A stretch of 64,000 nucleotides of DNA. It comes from Lingula anatina (Eukaryota; Animalia; Brachiopoda). The notes under the pieces were generated by a model. That model did no database searches. It had not been told where the DNA came from and saw nothing but the letters and a program-made list of their open reading frames with translations. This document shows, piece by piece, positions 35,861-48,400 of this stretch (positions are counted from its first letter, which is position 1; every line of letters starts with the position of its first letter). The DNA is taken from positions 9,486,001 through 9,550,000 of the forward strand of contig CM120641.1 in the NCBI GenBank assembly GCA_051362555.1. Reading direction: 5' to 3'. A program made the position numbers and the translations under genes.

Positions 35861-37569
35861 CCGAGTTATTGAGAGAGTATTTCACAATTTGTACACAATA
35901 TTCAAACTATTCCTAGACCTTTGCACATAATTTACAATTTTATATTATCACCTATTTGTAGTTTACAAAAGTTTTTTCTCAAATATATAATAATAATAAA
36001 TATATACATACACTCTCTCTCCGCCATCAGAGAAAAAGAAAAAAGAACGAAGAGGAATAACATTTTGATTTAAGCTGTACCACCTTTCCCACTTAAATCT
36101 AGTTTGCACTTGATTGTCTTTCTGTTCAACTGCGTTCCCATGCTTGTATATTGAAAAAGTAACAGTGAGACAAAGCAAACTTTCGCATAGTGGCTTACAA
36201 GGGGATTCGTTTTCAGGGTTTCCAACCATTCACGTCAGCTAACGACGGGACCCGATTGTCGACGGAGACACCCTGTGTATAGGGTTGGTATCAAATTGAA
36301 CGGGCGTAAAGAAAGAGATGGGATTTTAAGTGCAATTTCTCGCACCACGGGCAGCCATCTTCGTATTAAGCTGATTTGCTCAGTGATTGTTAACTTCTGA
36401 GAACAAGGTTTGTTTAGTCTCTTTACTGCTAAAGCAAGGGAACGCAGACATCAGCCAGCGGAAAGGGTGCAAAAATAAGAGCCAGCTGCAGCCCAACAAC
36501 TCTTTTGAAAGCACTTTAAAATATGTAAAAATTCTAGGTGAAAAGCGAAAAGCGGCCTAGGAAAAACTTCCCCCTGTATACCATGGCTAGTAAATTAGAC
36601 TTTGCGTTTGTATATTTTCGCCGCATCTGCAACGTGTGTCTGCTAAATTTCTCCCTTGTCATCTGTTCACAGCCCCCTACCTCTACGAGGTATAAAGCTT
36701 AAACTTGCCATATTGAAGAAACACCACGTGAATCAAGCACAGGGATGATACACAGGGTTGGCTTCCATATACCAGACGAGGTATCGAAAAGTAAACTGGT
36801 TCTCCGACACCGGTATACCACGGATAACACAAACATTATAAATTATAATAGTGTCCAGAACTTGCTTAATTACAGCAACAATTAACTACTTTTTCACACT
36901 ACAAATACACACAATTTTTGGCTTGGGAAGAAAATATATAGAAATGTGTGTATATATATTATTTATATATAATTTGTTTACATATCCTTTTTTCTCGTTT
37001 TTTTCTATAAAAAGCTTCACATTTACTTTACATTTTGGGGCATTTCACGTGCCGCCTGGTGAAATATTTGGGAATTTCACATTTGTGCGGTGGTTCGCAC
37101 AGTTTACTGCGCTTCAAAAGCTGTTGAGGGAATCTCTATGCAGATGAGCTTCTGACCCGTCACCAAAAACCGCATTCTTATCACACTGTCAATAAATTTT
37201 CAATCTCTAAAATACAGGCTTGTCAACGAAGCAGATTGCTATCTCGGCATGAACGTGAGATGCAGGTCACTTTCCTCGCACCTGCTTTTGGCGAAGCCAT
37301 ATCATTTACGTGTCACAGTCCCGTTCAGTATAATACACTCCGGTTTTTTCTCTTTCGTCGGATGGCTGAATCCCGAACGTCGGTATTTTGACGTGCATTT
37401 GATGCACGGAATCTGCGTCATAATTATTATTACATTTTAAATTAGTTTGGGCTTCATCGTTGAATCTTTACTGTCCGGCTTCCTCCAATTGTCGTCTTCT
37501 TTTTGTGTATCCACTGCAACTGCCTTGGGACAGTTCTCTGCTGGAGATGAACGACTTCCATTTCGAATT

Positions 37570-38423
37570 CTACCGGCAACCGCATCCTTCTACAACCATA
37601 TCTTGGTAATTTTTCAAAACTACTTTGTCATACTCGTCCAGATAGAGCATTGAGATTGGGCTCAATTCTGTCGGGATACAGCATGCTTTAGGCACAGCGC
37701 TGGGGTTCACTGAATTTACTAGCGTCTGTACAATAGCATGATTTGTAGAGTTAAGATGATCTGCGAGTGGGAACGGGCAATCCCCATGGCAGTAAAATGC
37801 TTGGTACCCAGGCGGGGCGACGATCCAGTCGTCCCAGCCAACATCTTTAAAGTCTACATATAAAGCATGCCTCCGACACTGCTCTTTGCTTTTTCTCTTA
37901 TGGCTTCGTGACCGCCTTTTCCCTTCTCTTTTAGTCCTTTTTGATCTAGTATCGTCACTGTATGTGACTAAAAGTGGTCTCTGGGCCTGCCATGTGCTGT
38001 CGTCCCCATTTATCGATCGCCTCAGGCGAACGTGGGACGATTTCAGTTCTGAAGGACGGCCATCTAAACGAATAAAATGCACTTCTACTCCGTGGCTCTT
38101 GCGTGGTGTTGTCCTCCATTTGACAACGGCTGGAGTGAGGTCTAAAGACTCCCAACTCGAATTCCTAATATCTATTATTTTGGTATCTAATAGTCTTGTG
38201 ATTGAATCTCGATTTTTAGTCTGAGGCTTTATTACCTCGTGTGCTTCTAATTTATATCTAAAATCCCTTTTACGCTTTAAACTGGGTTCCAAATGTTGTA
38301 ATATTTGTTCTCTGTAAATCCTTAATTCTGCAGCTTTCAGAATCTCCTCTTCTGGGACGCTTGAAATATTGAAAATAAGAGTCACTTTGTCCGTGGAAGA
38401 TTGGGCTTCGTGTACTTTTGGCT
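37570..38423 (-). CDS. BMP2/4: BMP2/4 last coding exon (prodomain C-half, furin sites, cystine-knot ligand)
   Basis: ORF 37570..38385 extended to acceptor at 38424-38425. Confidence 0.97.
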
Positions 38424-39274
38424 CTGCGGGTGAAAAGAAAGCACATAATCAACATGCTGTGTACAACAAAAGCTTTAAATGAATAGATCTGGATAGGAAG
38501 GAAACGCAACTAATAAATTCAATATTTCAATTATACAGTCTATAAACTAGGAGGAAAACTAAAACATTTATATAACTGTAACTGTAAAGTAACTAATTCA
38601 TATTTACCAAATTACAGAATGCGGAAAAATCGTGTTACCATTAAACTGATTCAGATCTATCAAATTACTGCTTCTAGACGAAAAGGAAAACGAAACAATT
38701 ATCTAAATGTAAGATTAACGATTTGTGGCATCAGAAACTATGTAAGAAATGTAAGCCAGTGAAACCTGAGAGTGCGTAAATTTCATCTCGCACATATCAT
38801 AATCTTTATTTCACCACCCAGATACCCTACCTGATGTAAAGATCAACTGAGCGATGTTTGCATTTCATAAACTATGCTGCACTTACCTAGGTGATGAAAA
38901 CTGCGAACAGTATTTGCTGACCCTGTGAATTTTCCTCGCACATTAATATCGCCTCCCATGATCTCCTCCGAGTCTCTTATTTGCATTTGTTTTTGATACA
39001 ATTCCAACATGTACTGTGGTATTTCTAGCTTTTTGCGGGGTCGAGGTCTAGATCCTAATCCGAACATTTTCAACAGACTGGACTCTAGCGCTTGAATGTC
39101 TTTAGTCCTTTGGCCAGAGTTTTCACGGATGGTCGTTCCTTTTTCACTAGTCTCTCCTGTGTAATCTTCTCGCCTATTATTATTAGTGTTCCCCGCAACT
39201 AAAAGCGCCGTTTCTTGTCCAAAGACGACCACACTTAACACGATGACGAACAGGTGCCAGTTTCCAGCGTTCAT
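37570..39274 (-). CDS. BMP2/4: Bone morphogenetic protein 2/4 (dpp ortholog), complement(join(37570..38423,38887..39274)), 413 aa
   Basis: Signal peptide, [39 protein letters not shown], and mature domain [63 protein letters not shown]; phase-1 intron G|GTAAGT...ccgcAG. Confidence 0.97.
38887..39274 (-). CDS. BMP2/4: BMP2/4 first coding exon (signal peptide, prodomain N-half); exon begins at 39282
   Basis: ORF 38843..39274; acceptor ttttgttgcAG 8 nt before the ATG; donor GTAAGT at 38886-38881. Confidence 0.95.
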
Positions 39275-41239
39275 CGTGAAACCTGCAACAAAACAAAACT
39301 GAACATTATTCCAAAATTATCGGCCACGTTTTAAAAAATATATATATATAAAAAGTAAACTCCAATAATGGCGTTCGTATGTACTCCTTGTAGTGGAATC
39401 TACATGCACGCATCATGGCACCCGTACAAGGGGGGACCGTCCCGAGCTGGTGTCAGACAAGGCTATGAAGCCAATATTTGGGGGTTGTTTGTGTTAGGAA
39501 TTCCCGTTATACAACCGTTCGTTCACTTACAGTGACCATATTGGACATAAGCTCGGTGAAAACAAAGTGATACAGAATTTGAACAGATAAGCTTTTACAC
39601 ATGCTGAGCTTGGACATATTTGTGCTACGATTTACAGGTCGAAAAACAGGCGTCTATATAGACGGGTGATCCTGCTGTTATTTTATAGTTGAAATGTTCG
39701 AATAAAAATTTGATAATTTTGATAAAATGTTGTTATGTTTCAACAAGCGAAACAAACCTGAAAACTCAACGGCTGACGGCATTTCGCCTTCCCTTTTTTC
39801 ACTCTTTATTAAATCAACAAAAGCCTTTGCCTCTTTAAACTTCACTAAAACGCCCCTTTCACCTGTGCGGTTTTGCAGACTATTCCTCTTTCATTCAGCT
39901 AACGTAAATAAAGTATTCTGCAGATCTTTAATTTAGAGAAACTGTAGACAAGATTTAGGCATGCTATTTTGATGCTTTTACTAGCACCGATCGAATGTCA
40001 GTGGTTTCGTATCGAACGAACAATGATTTAGTATTTGTTTTGGTTTATCGAATCCATCATCTTTCATTCTTCCAGACTTTTTCAACAAAACTTGTTGGCC
40101 CTCTGCTCACACGGAGGTCTTTAATTGATAAAATTGACTTCAAAGCAGCGGTCACATCAAATTCAAAATGCATAACCAAGATTGGAGTCTGATAACATGA
40201 CAGTAATCTGACTGGATTTCCGTTGGCATAGTACAAGGAATATTGCTTTACTAGTAAAAACATTAATTCGGCTGCGAAAAATTCATTGAAATACAGAGAT
40301 GAAATTGACACGGGAAGTAATTCAACAGCTGCTTGGTTTTGAATATACATGAACGATGAAAAGACGTAATCGACGGAACACAACATTATGAGCAAGGTTA
40401 AATGATTGACTGCGCGGGACCTTATATTGTACAAAGGGCCGTTGGGGATGATAAAAGACGAGTAAAAAAAAATCTTTCCCGCATTCTGGGGTCGATCGAC
40501 AGGTGAGTATATTCTACTACTGGAGTAACAACATCAATAACCTGTAAGACAATGTGCACTCCGTGTATCAATTTTGCCTCACCACGGGCCAATTACTTAT
40601 GGTTTTAAATCAAGCACCCCAACGGGTGGTCGTTCAGCAAGAAATGTGTGTAGTGGCTGTACCTGCGTTCTCTGATCCAGGAAAACCAAGTTCATGTTGA
40701 GTATCACTAACAGAGGGCGTTATTAAATATTGATACTGTCCCTTTCACATTTAAGGTGGTTAGATTCACATTTTGAGCAGAAAAATGCTTTTAAAAAAGA
40801 AAAATTGTTATGCCGATTTCCCTCGTCAAACAAGCAAACTTGGGCAGATGGAACGATCACAAAAGACACCCCACACGATACATCGACCATACACCAACAC
40901 GATCTCTGTATTACTCCTTTAACAAAATATTTTGTTTAAATAGCTGTCTGCAACCCTCTCTCCCAGCCAGTAATGATTTTGCAAAATGTGCCTTTGATCA
41001 TCGCTTACTTGAAACCGTGTGGGGATACGGAAGCGATTTACACTCTTACAAACACTGGCTTCAATTTGCTCAAGGGCCGGGGATACATAGCCCACTAACA
41101 AAAAACAGACGTAAAGATTTTTTCAATTAATTATCCCATAGAAGATTGACATATGGTAACGGATATGTGTGTATAATTTTAGCCGAAGTAATCAAGCTAT
41201 GAACTTGGAAAGCACGTGGTGGGTTTCCAAAAGCAGGCC

Positions 41240-41255
41240 CAGACACCCAGGCGCC
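41240..41255 (-). promoter_or_regulatory. BMP-responsive Smad1/5-Smad4(-Schnurri) element
   Basis: GGCGCC-TGGGT-GTCTG = exact GRCGNC(N5)GTCTG consensus. Confidence 0.65.
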
Positions 41256-42012
41256 CCGCGCCATCTGTAGTTTTCGGATAGGAATTCCTGTGCGATTATC
41301 AGTGGCAAACCCAGAATGTGAAAAACATTATCTAATTTTTCGAGTAACTCTGAGTGCAAGCTTTTTATTATTATTAACACGCTGAAGTTTCTGCTAAGTG
41401 CATTAGATACAATATTGAGACAAGGAAATCATTCGCCGCCTCAAGTAGTGTTATTTCCTTTAACATAAACGCTAACATAAAACCTGGGACCCATGTATTT
41501 GGCTCGACTATTTGCGCTCATTAACGTGTTGACATCTCAAGAGAATAGCTATCCATTTAACCAATTGAGGGGAATTAGTGTTTCACCTTAAGTTAAACCT
41601 AAGGGCCGTGCCATATTTATGATGAGTGGTCATACGAGCTATATAAAGACTGTTTCCCTTTCAATGGCCGTAACGCTTCAAAAGGTCCCACAATTTTAAT
41701 CCTGTTTAAAAGGGGGCTGTGTTTTCAACTGCTTCGAGATGTAATAGCAGGGACAAATTACACCCGCGAAAGACAATGTGTGAAACTAATTTGCCGAACT
41801 AATTTGTTCCCATGTAATTTCAATAACTATAGCTGTGCATTCATACCTCCGGGCTAGATTGAAAGGGGTTGCGATCAGATAAGGTGATATGCCCGCTGGG
41901 GGAAACTCCCCATCCCTCATTTACTTCAATTGATGTGGGGGAACGTGTGTTTCTGACAGCTCCCTCTCACTTGCCATGGTGGAGAAGGTACGATGGAATG
42001 TATGGCACTTAC

Positions 42013-42600
42013 CAGGTAACTGCTCAGTGATGTCCGAGAACAGGCGGATACAGTAGAAAGACCGGTGGACCAAGGAAAGCCCCGATATTTGAGCGGCCTA
42101 CCAAAAATCCTTGACATGAACAGTTTCCATTCGGGTAAATATAAATGCATATATGAAATGTAAATGTACTCCTTAAATGCACTGAGTTAATCTTCGAAAG
42201 CTCAAAGTAACATATTCACATAATTGTTTCTGAAAGGTTCTCTAACTGCGGCGCGAGGTTAAACTCCTTGCTAGTTTATTCTTGTTCGATTTGGCAATGT
42301 AATAAATCCGAGAGGCTTGTTCTCCCGTAGTGACTGGTATCTGCCCTCTTGCACTGTCGCTTGTTTGTGGTGTCTCTTTCTTCCATTTCGGAAGTTAAGA
42401 TCCACAAAAGTTGCCGTTTAAGTGAGCATCAGGTGTGCTTTTCAACAAATTCCCACACAGAATGACTTTGCTGCTTGTGCTCGTCAGAGGTAAATCCTAA
42501 GAAATTGTTTGCTGATTTTAATCCGTGCTCTTGTTTCCCACTGAGTCACTTGCCGGAATAAGTTCGGAGCATCCCACTTTCCAGTCTGCAGATTATATCA
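42013..42600 (-). other. Predicted 5' non-coding exon of BMP2/4 (5' end approximate), with uORFs
   Basis: Strong donor CTG|GTAAGTG at 42013/42012, promoter-like motifs just upstream, and an acceptor right before the ATG that needs an upstream exon. Confidence 0.55.
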
Positions 42601-42690
42601 CTGTCGATCACTTTTCTGCTTTGTCCTTAAGTGTGCGCTGATTGGCTGTTTTCATCCTAGTCAGGAGCTAACACGCATGCGTCAATTTGG
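42540..42690 (-). promoter_or_regulatory. Candidate BMP2/4 core promoter
   Basis: Inr-like TCAGT (42544-42540), CCAAT (42645-42641), palindrome ACGCATGCGT (42673-42682, NRF1-like) overlapping a TGACG half-CRE. Confidence 0.45.
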
Positions 42691-45370
42691 GCCCTGTTAA
42701 TAAATTGAGAGAAGTCAGTTAGCGAAAAATTGATAAAATTTCTTCTTGATATGAGTTAGAATGGAGACATTTTAATTTCGGAACAGGTGGGTTCTACGTT
42801 AAGAGAAGGATATGGTTTCATTCCGCTCTGATATCACAAGAACCTGACAAATAAGAACTCGCGTTAAGGAAAGGAAAAATTAAAACACGGAGGAGGAAAT
42901 ATACTTAGCGGCAAGGTTTGACTGCAACATGATTAATGCATTTAATAGTATGCGTTGTTGTTCCTCATATAACTGAATCATTGGCGCTTTGCTTTGAGGG
43001 GGGGGGGATCATGGGATTAATGACCTTACTACATTTTAGTTAACTGCGTTACAAACAACGACCACGCGCTTGATGACAGGTGACAAAACGATGCCCTAGG
43101 GCGATACTTTTAATTTGCGTTAGATTGTTAAGACGAAGGATTCCTTCCAAGTTTATGTCGCCACAGGCAAAATGCAGTCTTACTTCCTACTAGAGCAGCA
43201 TTAATTGAGCCTCCGCAGTTAATATTTAGAAAAAGAACAGACCACAGTCTATGCGGTGACAAATTTCGCCTTAGTCCAATTGATTGATCACGGCTCCGTT
43301 GACAAAAGTACAGCTATTTCAAAGGCATTGTCATGCCGCTTTATTTTCACTTTTAAACCGTGTAACCTTCTCATGTTCGACTTTACATTACTTCTAATAC
43401 ATTTGTTTTGTACTGCTTAAATTATATTGCTGATTTTATAAGGTTCAATACTTGTGATCAGCTTTCTCTTTCAACGTAACTAATTCCTTAACAAAGATAC
43501 CAGCATTCGTTTCTTTGACCTTCGGGGCCTTAGATTAAAGTCTAAACGGAAATAAAGACACGTCTGTCTGTAGCTTTTGTTCTCGAAAGAATTGATTGCG
43601 AAAACACTGACTTTCTTAATTTGACTCCCAAGTTTCCAAACCTTCACTCTTCGACTTGCCAATTCAGACCATGTATACTGTATCAATTTATTTAACCCTA
43701 GACCCCACTTCAATGGCTTCGGCATGCTTTCAACGTTTCTAAAGGTAAACTGCGCTCAAAAGATGTGTGTTTTTGGAGTCGTCTTTCTGTATATGACAGT
43801 ACAATGTGTTTTCCTATGACGTGTAGATTACGGTCAGCTGTTCGTACAGATGGAAGGGGAACACAGCTGTCACGAGAAGCAAGTACACTTGTGTTCCTCA
43901 TCAGAGACCGCGAGCGGTTTTTTAGTTATTTGAAATGCAAACTCGAGTCAAACCCCAGTTTTGGATAAGATCAGTTGGGATCCCGGCGGGTATACTGTAA
44001 AAGGCCTATTATTTCCTTGTGCATGAGAGGTAACATGACAAGACATCATTGCGACACTTTGTGGAAAGGATCCGAAAGAGACATCAAAACCGCATCAAAA
44101 TATCTTGCTTGCTCCCTGGTCGCATGTTTGTCACATTTATACTCCCACTTCTGATAGTTGTCACTTTATTCATTATTCTCCGGGTCATCTTATGGATCCT
44201 CCTCATTTGGTACTGTGATTTTATCTCAGAGATGGTGTAAAGTTAATAGTTCATAGTGCGATAGTTTAATAATTGCTCACTTCCAAAAATGAACTATATT
44301 AAGTTGCACACCTGAGGGGACACAGGAATGTCCTCATTACAAGGAATGACCCCCACTTCAGGGTTATTTGCGTCAACTTTATTATTACTTGTAATTTGTT
44401 AGGCGACACAATCTATTGGTCACAAACGATGTCGGTCAGTTCGGAGAGGCGGAAAATCAGAGGGAGCGGCTAAATTTTGGTCGGGGGGGGGGGGCGGCGT
44501 ACGTAGGAGGTGCACGCACCCTCCGGCCGTGTATATCTAATAGGAGGAAACTTATACATTTGATTAGTCTTAATTCATCGCGATAAGTTGGTTACTTTGA
44601 TAAGAACTGGAGCTGCGCCGCATTATGTATCATGACCATCACCCCCGACAATGAGAGCAATATTGATGTGCTGGACCGGGGGGGGGGGGGGGGGGGGGGA
44701 GTCTTCTCCCTACTGAGTAGGCCTACATGTACCTTAGAGGAAGATTTTTGTCTTTTATCTCAATACATATATGCAAATACGTATCTTTCAACTTTTGGAA
44801 AATGGACAATTTGAGGGAGGATCTTGGCCCACTCTTGTGCATTTAATGTTTCATCAGGCCAAAATAACCAACTTTTCAAAACAAGTTATCATATCCTTAA
44901 ATGTTTCTTTTTTACATTCGAATTTGCAATATATAACACGGATGTCTCTCTTATTAATATATCGGAGAAATTTGGCGAGATTGTATTTTTTAGATTCTTA
45001 TTGCCTATAAAATTACTGTTTTCCTTTATCTTATAATATTCCAATCCCATTTAAGTGTCACGCTGATAATATTCTTTTTCATTTCAGTGCAACAATTCCT
45101 ATGCCCAATGTAACCTCGCTTGCAAGTTCCACTAAAATGTATTATCACCCTCTTCTCATTTTATATTATACAAACGTGTCTGAGTGCGCTATCACCAACG
45201 AGAAAGGGTGCACGTAAGATGGGAAATAACCCAAGACAGATCGCGGCATGTGCGCGTGGCCTGTGTTTGCGTAGTAAGTCAAGTCTTTTGCCAGTTGGAA
45301 GAACAATTTGTCAGTGTCAATCACAATTTTTAACTTTTTTCTAATTGACACCGCTGAGCTCCTTGGTTAC

Positions 45371-45371
<1 letters not shown>

Positions 45372-45414
<43 letters not shown>
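45372..45414. repeat. (GA)n microsatellite
   Basis: ~21 GA units; poly-G run at 44679-44699 nearby. Confidence 0.95.
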
Positions 45415-45419
<5 letters not shown>

Positions 45420-48400
45420 AAAGAAAAGGAAAAATCAAAATGAAAATGTACCGAGCCGCAATACCTTGTACCACGCTAGACGTAATAAAATATTCGAAGA
45501 ATAACACATCTTTCTGGGGGGATGTTCAACGATCCTTCTTCTATCGAGACAAATGAGAGAAGAACAAAGCTAACTGCTTATTTACCTAACCCACCGCTGA
45601 CTCTACAGGGCATGGAAAGAAAAAACGAGACGATCCCAATGTGTTTTGTTACTTTTTCTTTTTTTAACAAACAAACAGCCGTTAAATGTCGTATCAAGTG
45701 AAAAGCTTGGCATAGTGAAATGAAACACCGATATTTTTCTTACTGTTGTAAGCTAGCATTTATCATCAAAGTGTTTCTACACTTGGACTTTATTTTTTGC
45801 ACGAGAGGGCGGAGTGGCTAGACGAAATTATTGATTTTATCATTTAGATTCATGATGATGCCCTTCTCATTTTTTATCTCCATATCGACATGCTGTTACT
45901 TACACAAGAATACCATTTAATCATCTCATCATAGATAGACAAATGCCTTTTTTATCGTTTCAGGCCTTTCATTTTGTTTTTTTCTTTTGATTTGAAGCTT
46001 TTTATAGGATTGTCTCTGATTTGTCCGCAATTAGGTCTCGTTATCGTTCAGGACGTGGTTTAAGTCATCATCTCATAGTGAAATAAAACAAAATAGAATT
46101 AATAATAATAATAAAAAAAACACGTAAAAACTTTTTAAAAAATTATTTTCCAGGAAAGAGAATTCTTTATATTATATGTAATTTTGAGCCTCCCTTTCCC
46201 TCGACACTACCGAAAACCTCAACAGTGCCACTTCCCTTCGAGCGCCACGCAGTCTGGCACTGCACCCTGCATGGTACACGTGGACTCTAAAACATGAGAA
46301 TATCGGAGGCAATCCCAAGAGAAAAATCCCAACACTGTGCCATTTTGACATCTGTATCCTTACGATATCTAAAAACCTGCTTTCAGTATGTGGGAGGGTT
46401 CTCGTAATATGCGAAAGAGAAAGGAAACGGCTATTTTAAATTTAAAAGTTCAAAACTTTAAGTCGAGATTTGGAAAACAGCTGCCTTTGAAAGGTTTTCT
46501 TCCCGGGCCATAATTTGGAAAAGAAGAGAGGCGTTTAAAAATTGAAAATTGCACCACATCTTTATTGTGATAAAATCAAAACAAAGAAAAAAAACATTTT
46601 TCTGATGTGTATAAGGGATACCCATAGTGGTGGGAGGTGACCACGTCAAAATTGCATTATCAACTGTAATACTTTCTAGAAACTGCCAACCCATATGATT
46701 TAAACATGATAAATAGTAATTGGATTGTCTTGTAGTGTGTGTGCACGCGCGCACTCCCTTGCGCGTCACAGAAAGTGAGGGGGCGAGAGGGTAATTCACG
46801 TGATAAATCTATATAAACTTTCAAGCCATACAACAATTTATCTGTTATTAATGAAAGCATCATTGACATCCGGACTAAGCAGAAACAATCACGCAACGAT
46901 ATCTTTTCATTACTGGGTGTATTTTATGGGGTCAGCGTGAAAAGTCGTGTGAAAAAGACAATCGGTTCCATATGTTCGTGCAACTTTCAGTTAGATATCT
47001 GTAATAGAAACAAGAGTAAGGATACACCTCATTGGATACTACTGATAGGCATTCCGTTGTTTAGTATTGGGTGTTTTTAAACTGTTTATCATGGTGTCAC
47101 ATGGAGGGCGACTGGCTCTTTAATTGTTGCGTTCTCTCAATTAAAGAATTCGTCGATGTTACGATTGTTGCGAAAGCATTTTCACCAACACTTTCTGTGG
47201 GTGACCTGTCCACAACATATTCAACCATCTCCCATCAATCGAGGCAGTAAATTCGTAAAAAAATTAACGCCATATAAATAAGGTGAAATTTGCTTTGTTT
47301 CATGAAATTGCTTTATGATTAGAGATAAGTTTCACAAAGCGCGATCTTTTACGATAAGTAAAGTCGTATCACAAAGAAAACACTTTAACGACATTGGGTA
47401 TAAATTACGACCGCAGCCTTCTTACTTTCAGAAATGCAGGTGGGAAACAGGACTGAAATGGTAGCAGGTTGAATTATTACCCTCAAAATGTCAGTACTTG
47501 CAGGTCGTTATCGGGCTTATCTGAGGAATTTATCAGTTTCTATCTCCATCATCTGGGTTTTGTTTATCGCGGGGAGATCTTTGTCAAAGCACACCTGCGT
47601 CTAGGTCACATGACCTCTCACTTAACTTGTGACGTCACGGCATGTTTAGAATATTTTTCTATCCGTTGCTTTTAGGAATTTTTTCTCCGCCTACTGATAA
47701 CATCTTTGAAGTAGTTGTTTTTTCAACCATAATATATATTTTCTCTCTAGAAAATGGCATTTTTCACTTTAATATTTGAAAAATGTAAAAAAAATAACAA
47801 ATTTACCATCCGTTACACCGTGTCTTCTGCCTTTAAATGACACCAGACCGCCGTCTTGAAAAGAGGGTGATACCAGCTGAACTGCCTGCTGCAGGCGAAT
47901 TATTTTGATTGAAAGATCACACAAGGTCTTTGCTGAAAGCTTTAAAATGTAACAAGTCCCATTAATGCCCTATCTGCTGTGCCCCACCTGGCCGATCTCC
48001 ACTTTCAAGTCTCGCCCCTCATCTATCATCTCTGTCCTCGTGAAGTTCCACGACACGTCTTCGGGATCACATGCTTTTGCAATGCATATGACAGGTTGGC
48101 GTGTCTCAACTCATCGTCTTGTTGTCATTGTAATGTAATGACCCGAATATTACTTATTACGGTGACCCAGCCGCAACCATTTATTATCTCCTAATAGAAC
48201 TCTATCCAAAGAGAAAGTGAAGAGCCCTAGATTTATGGTACGATACATACAATATGAAGCAATACTTTAACCGTTAATGTCATTATCAGTCTGATGTCAT
48301 GGACAATGGACCAACAACAATATTGATAATTTGTTGAAAGGCTGATATGAATTATTATGTCCTTATTACTTTTGAAAGTGCAATTACAGTAGTTATAAAT

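Noticed and set aside
37886-38509. Overlapping antisense and alternate-frame ORFs in BMP2/4 (also 29495, 56390, 56659, 58411)
   Set aside because: Shadows of real coding exons.
39649-39664. GGCGTC-TATAT-AGAC palindromic Smad-like site
   Set aside because: Smad4 half-site is in the wrong orientation for the GRCGNC-N5-GTCT consensus.
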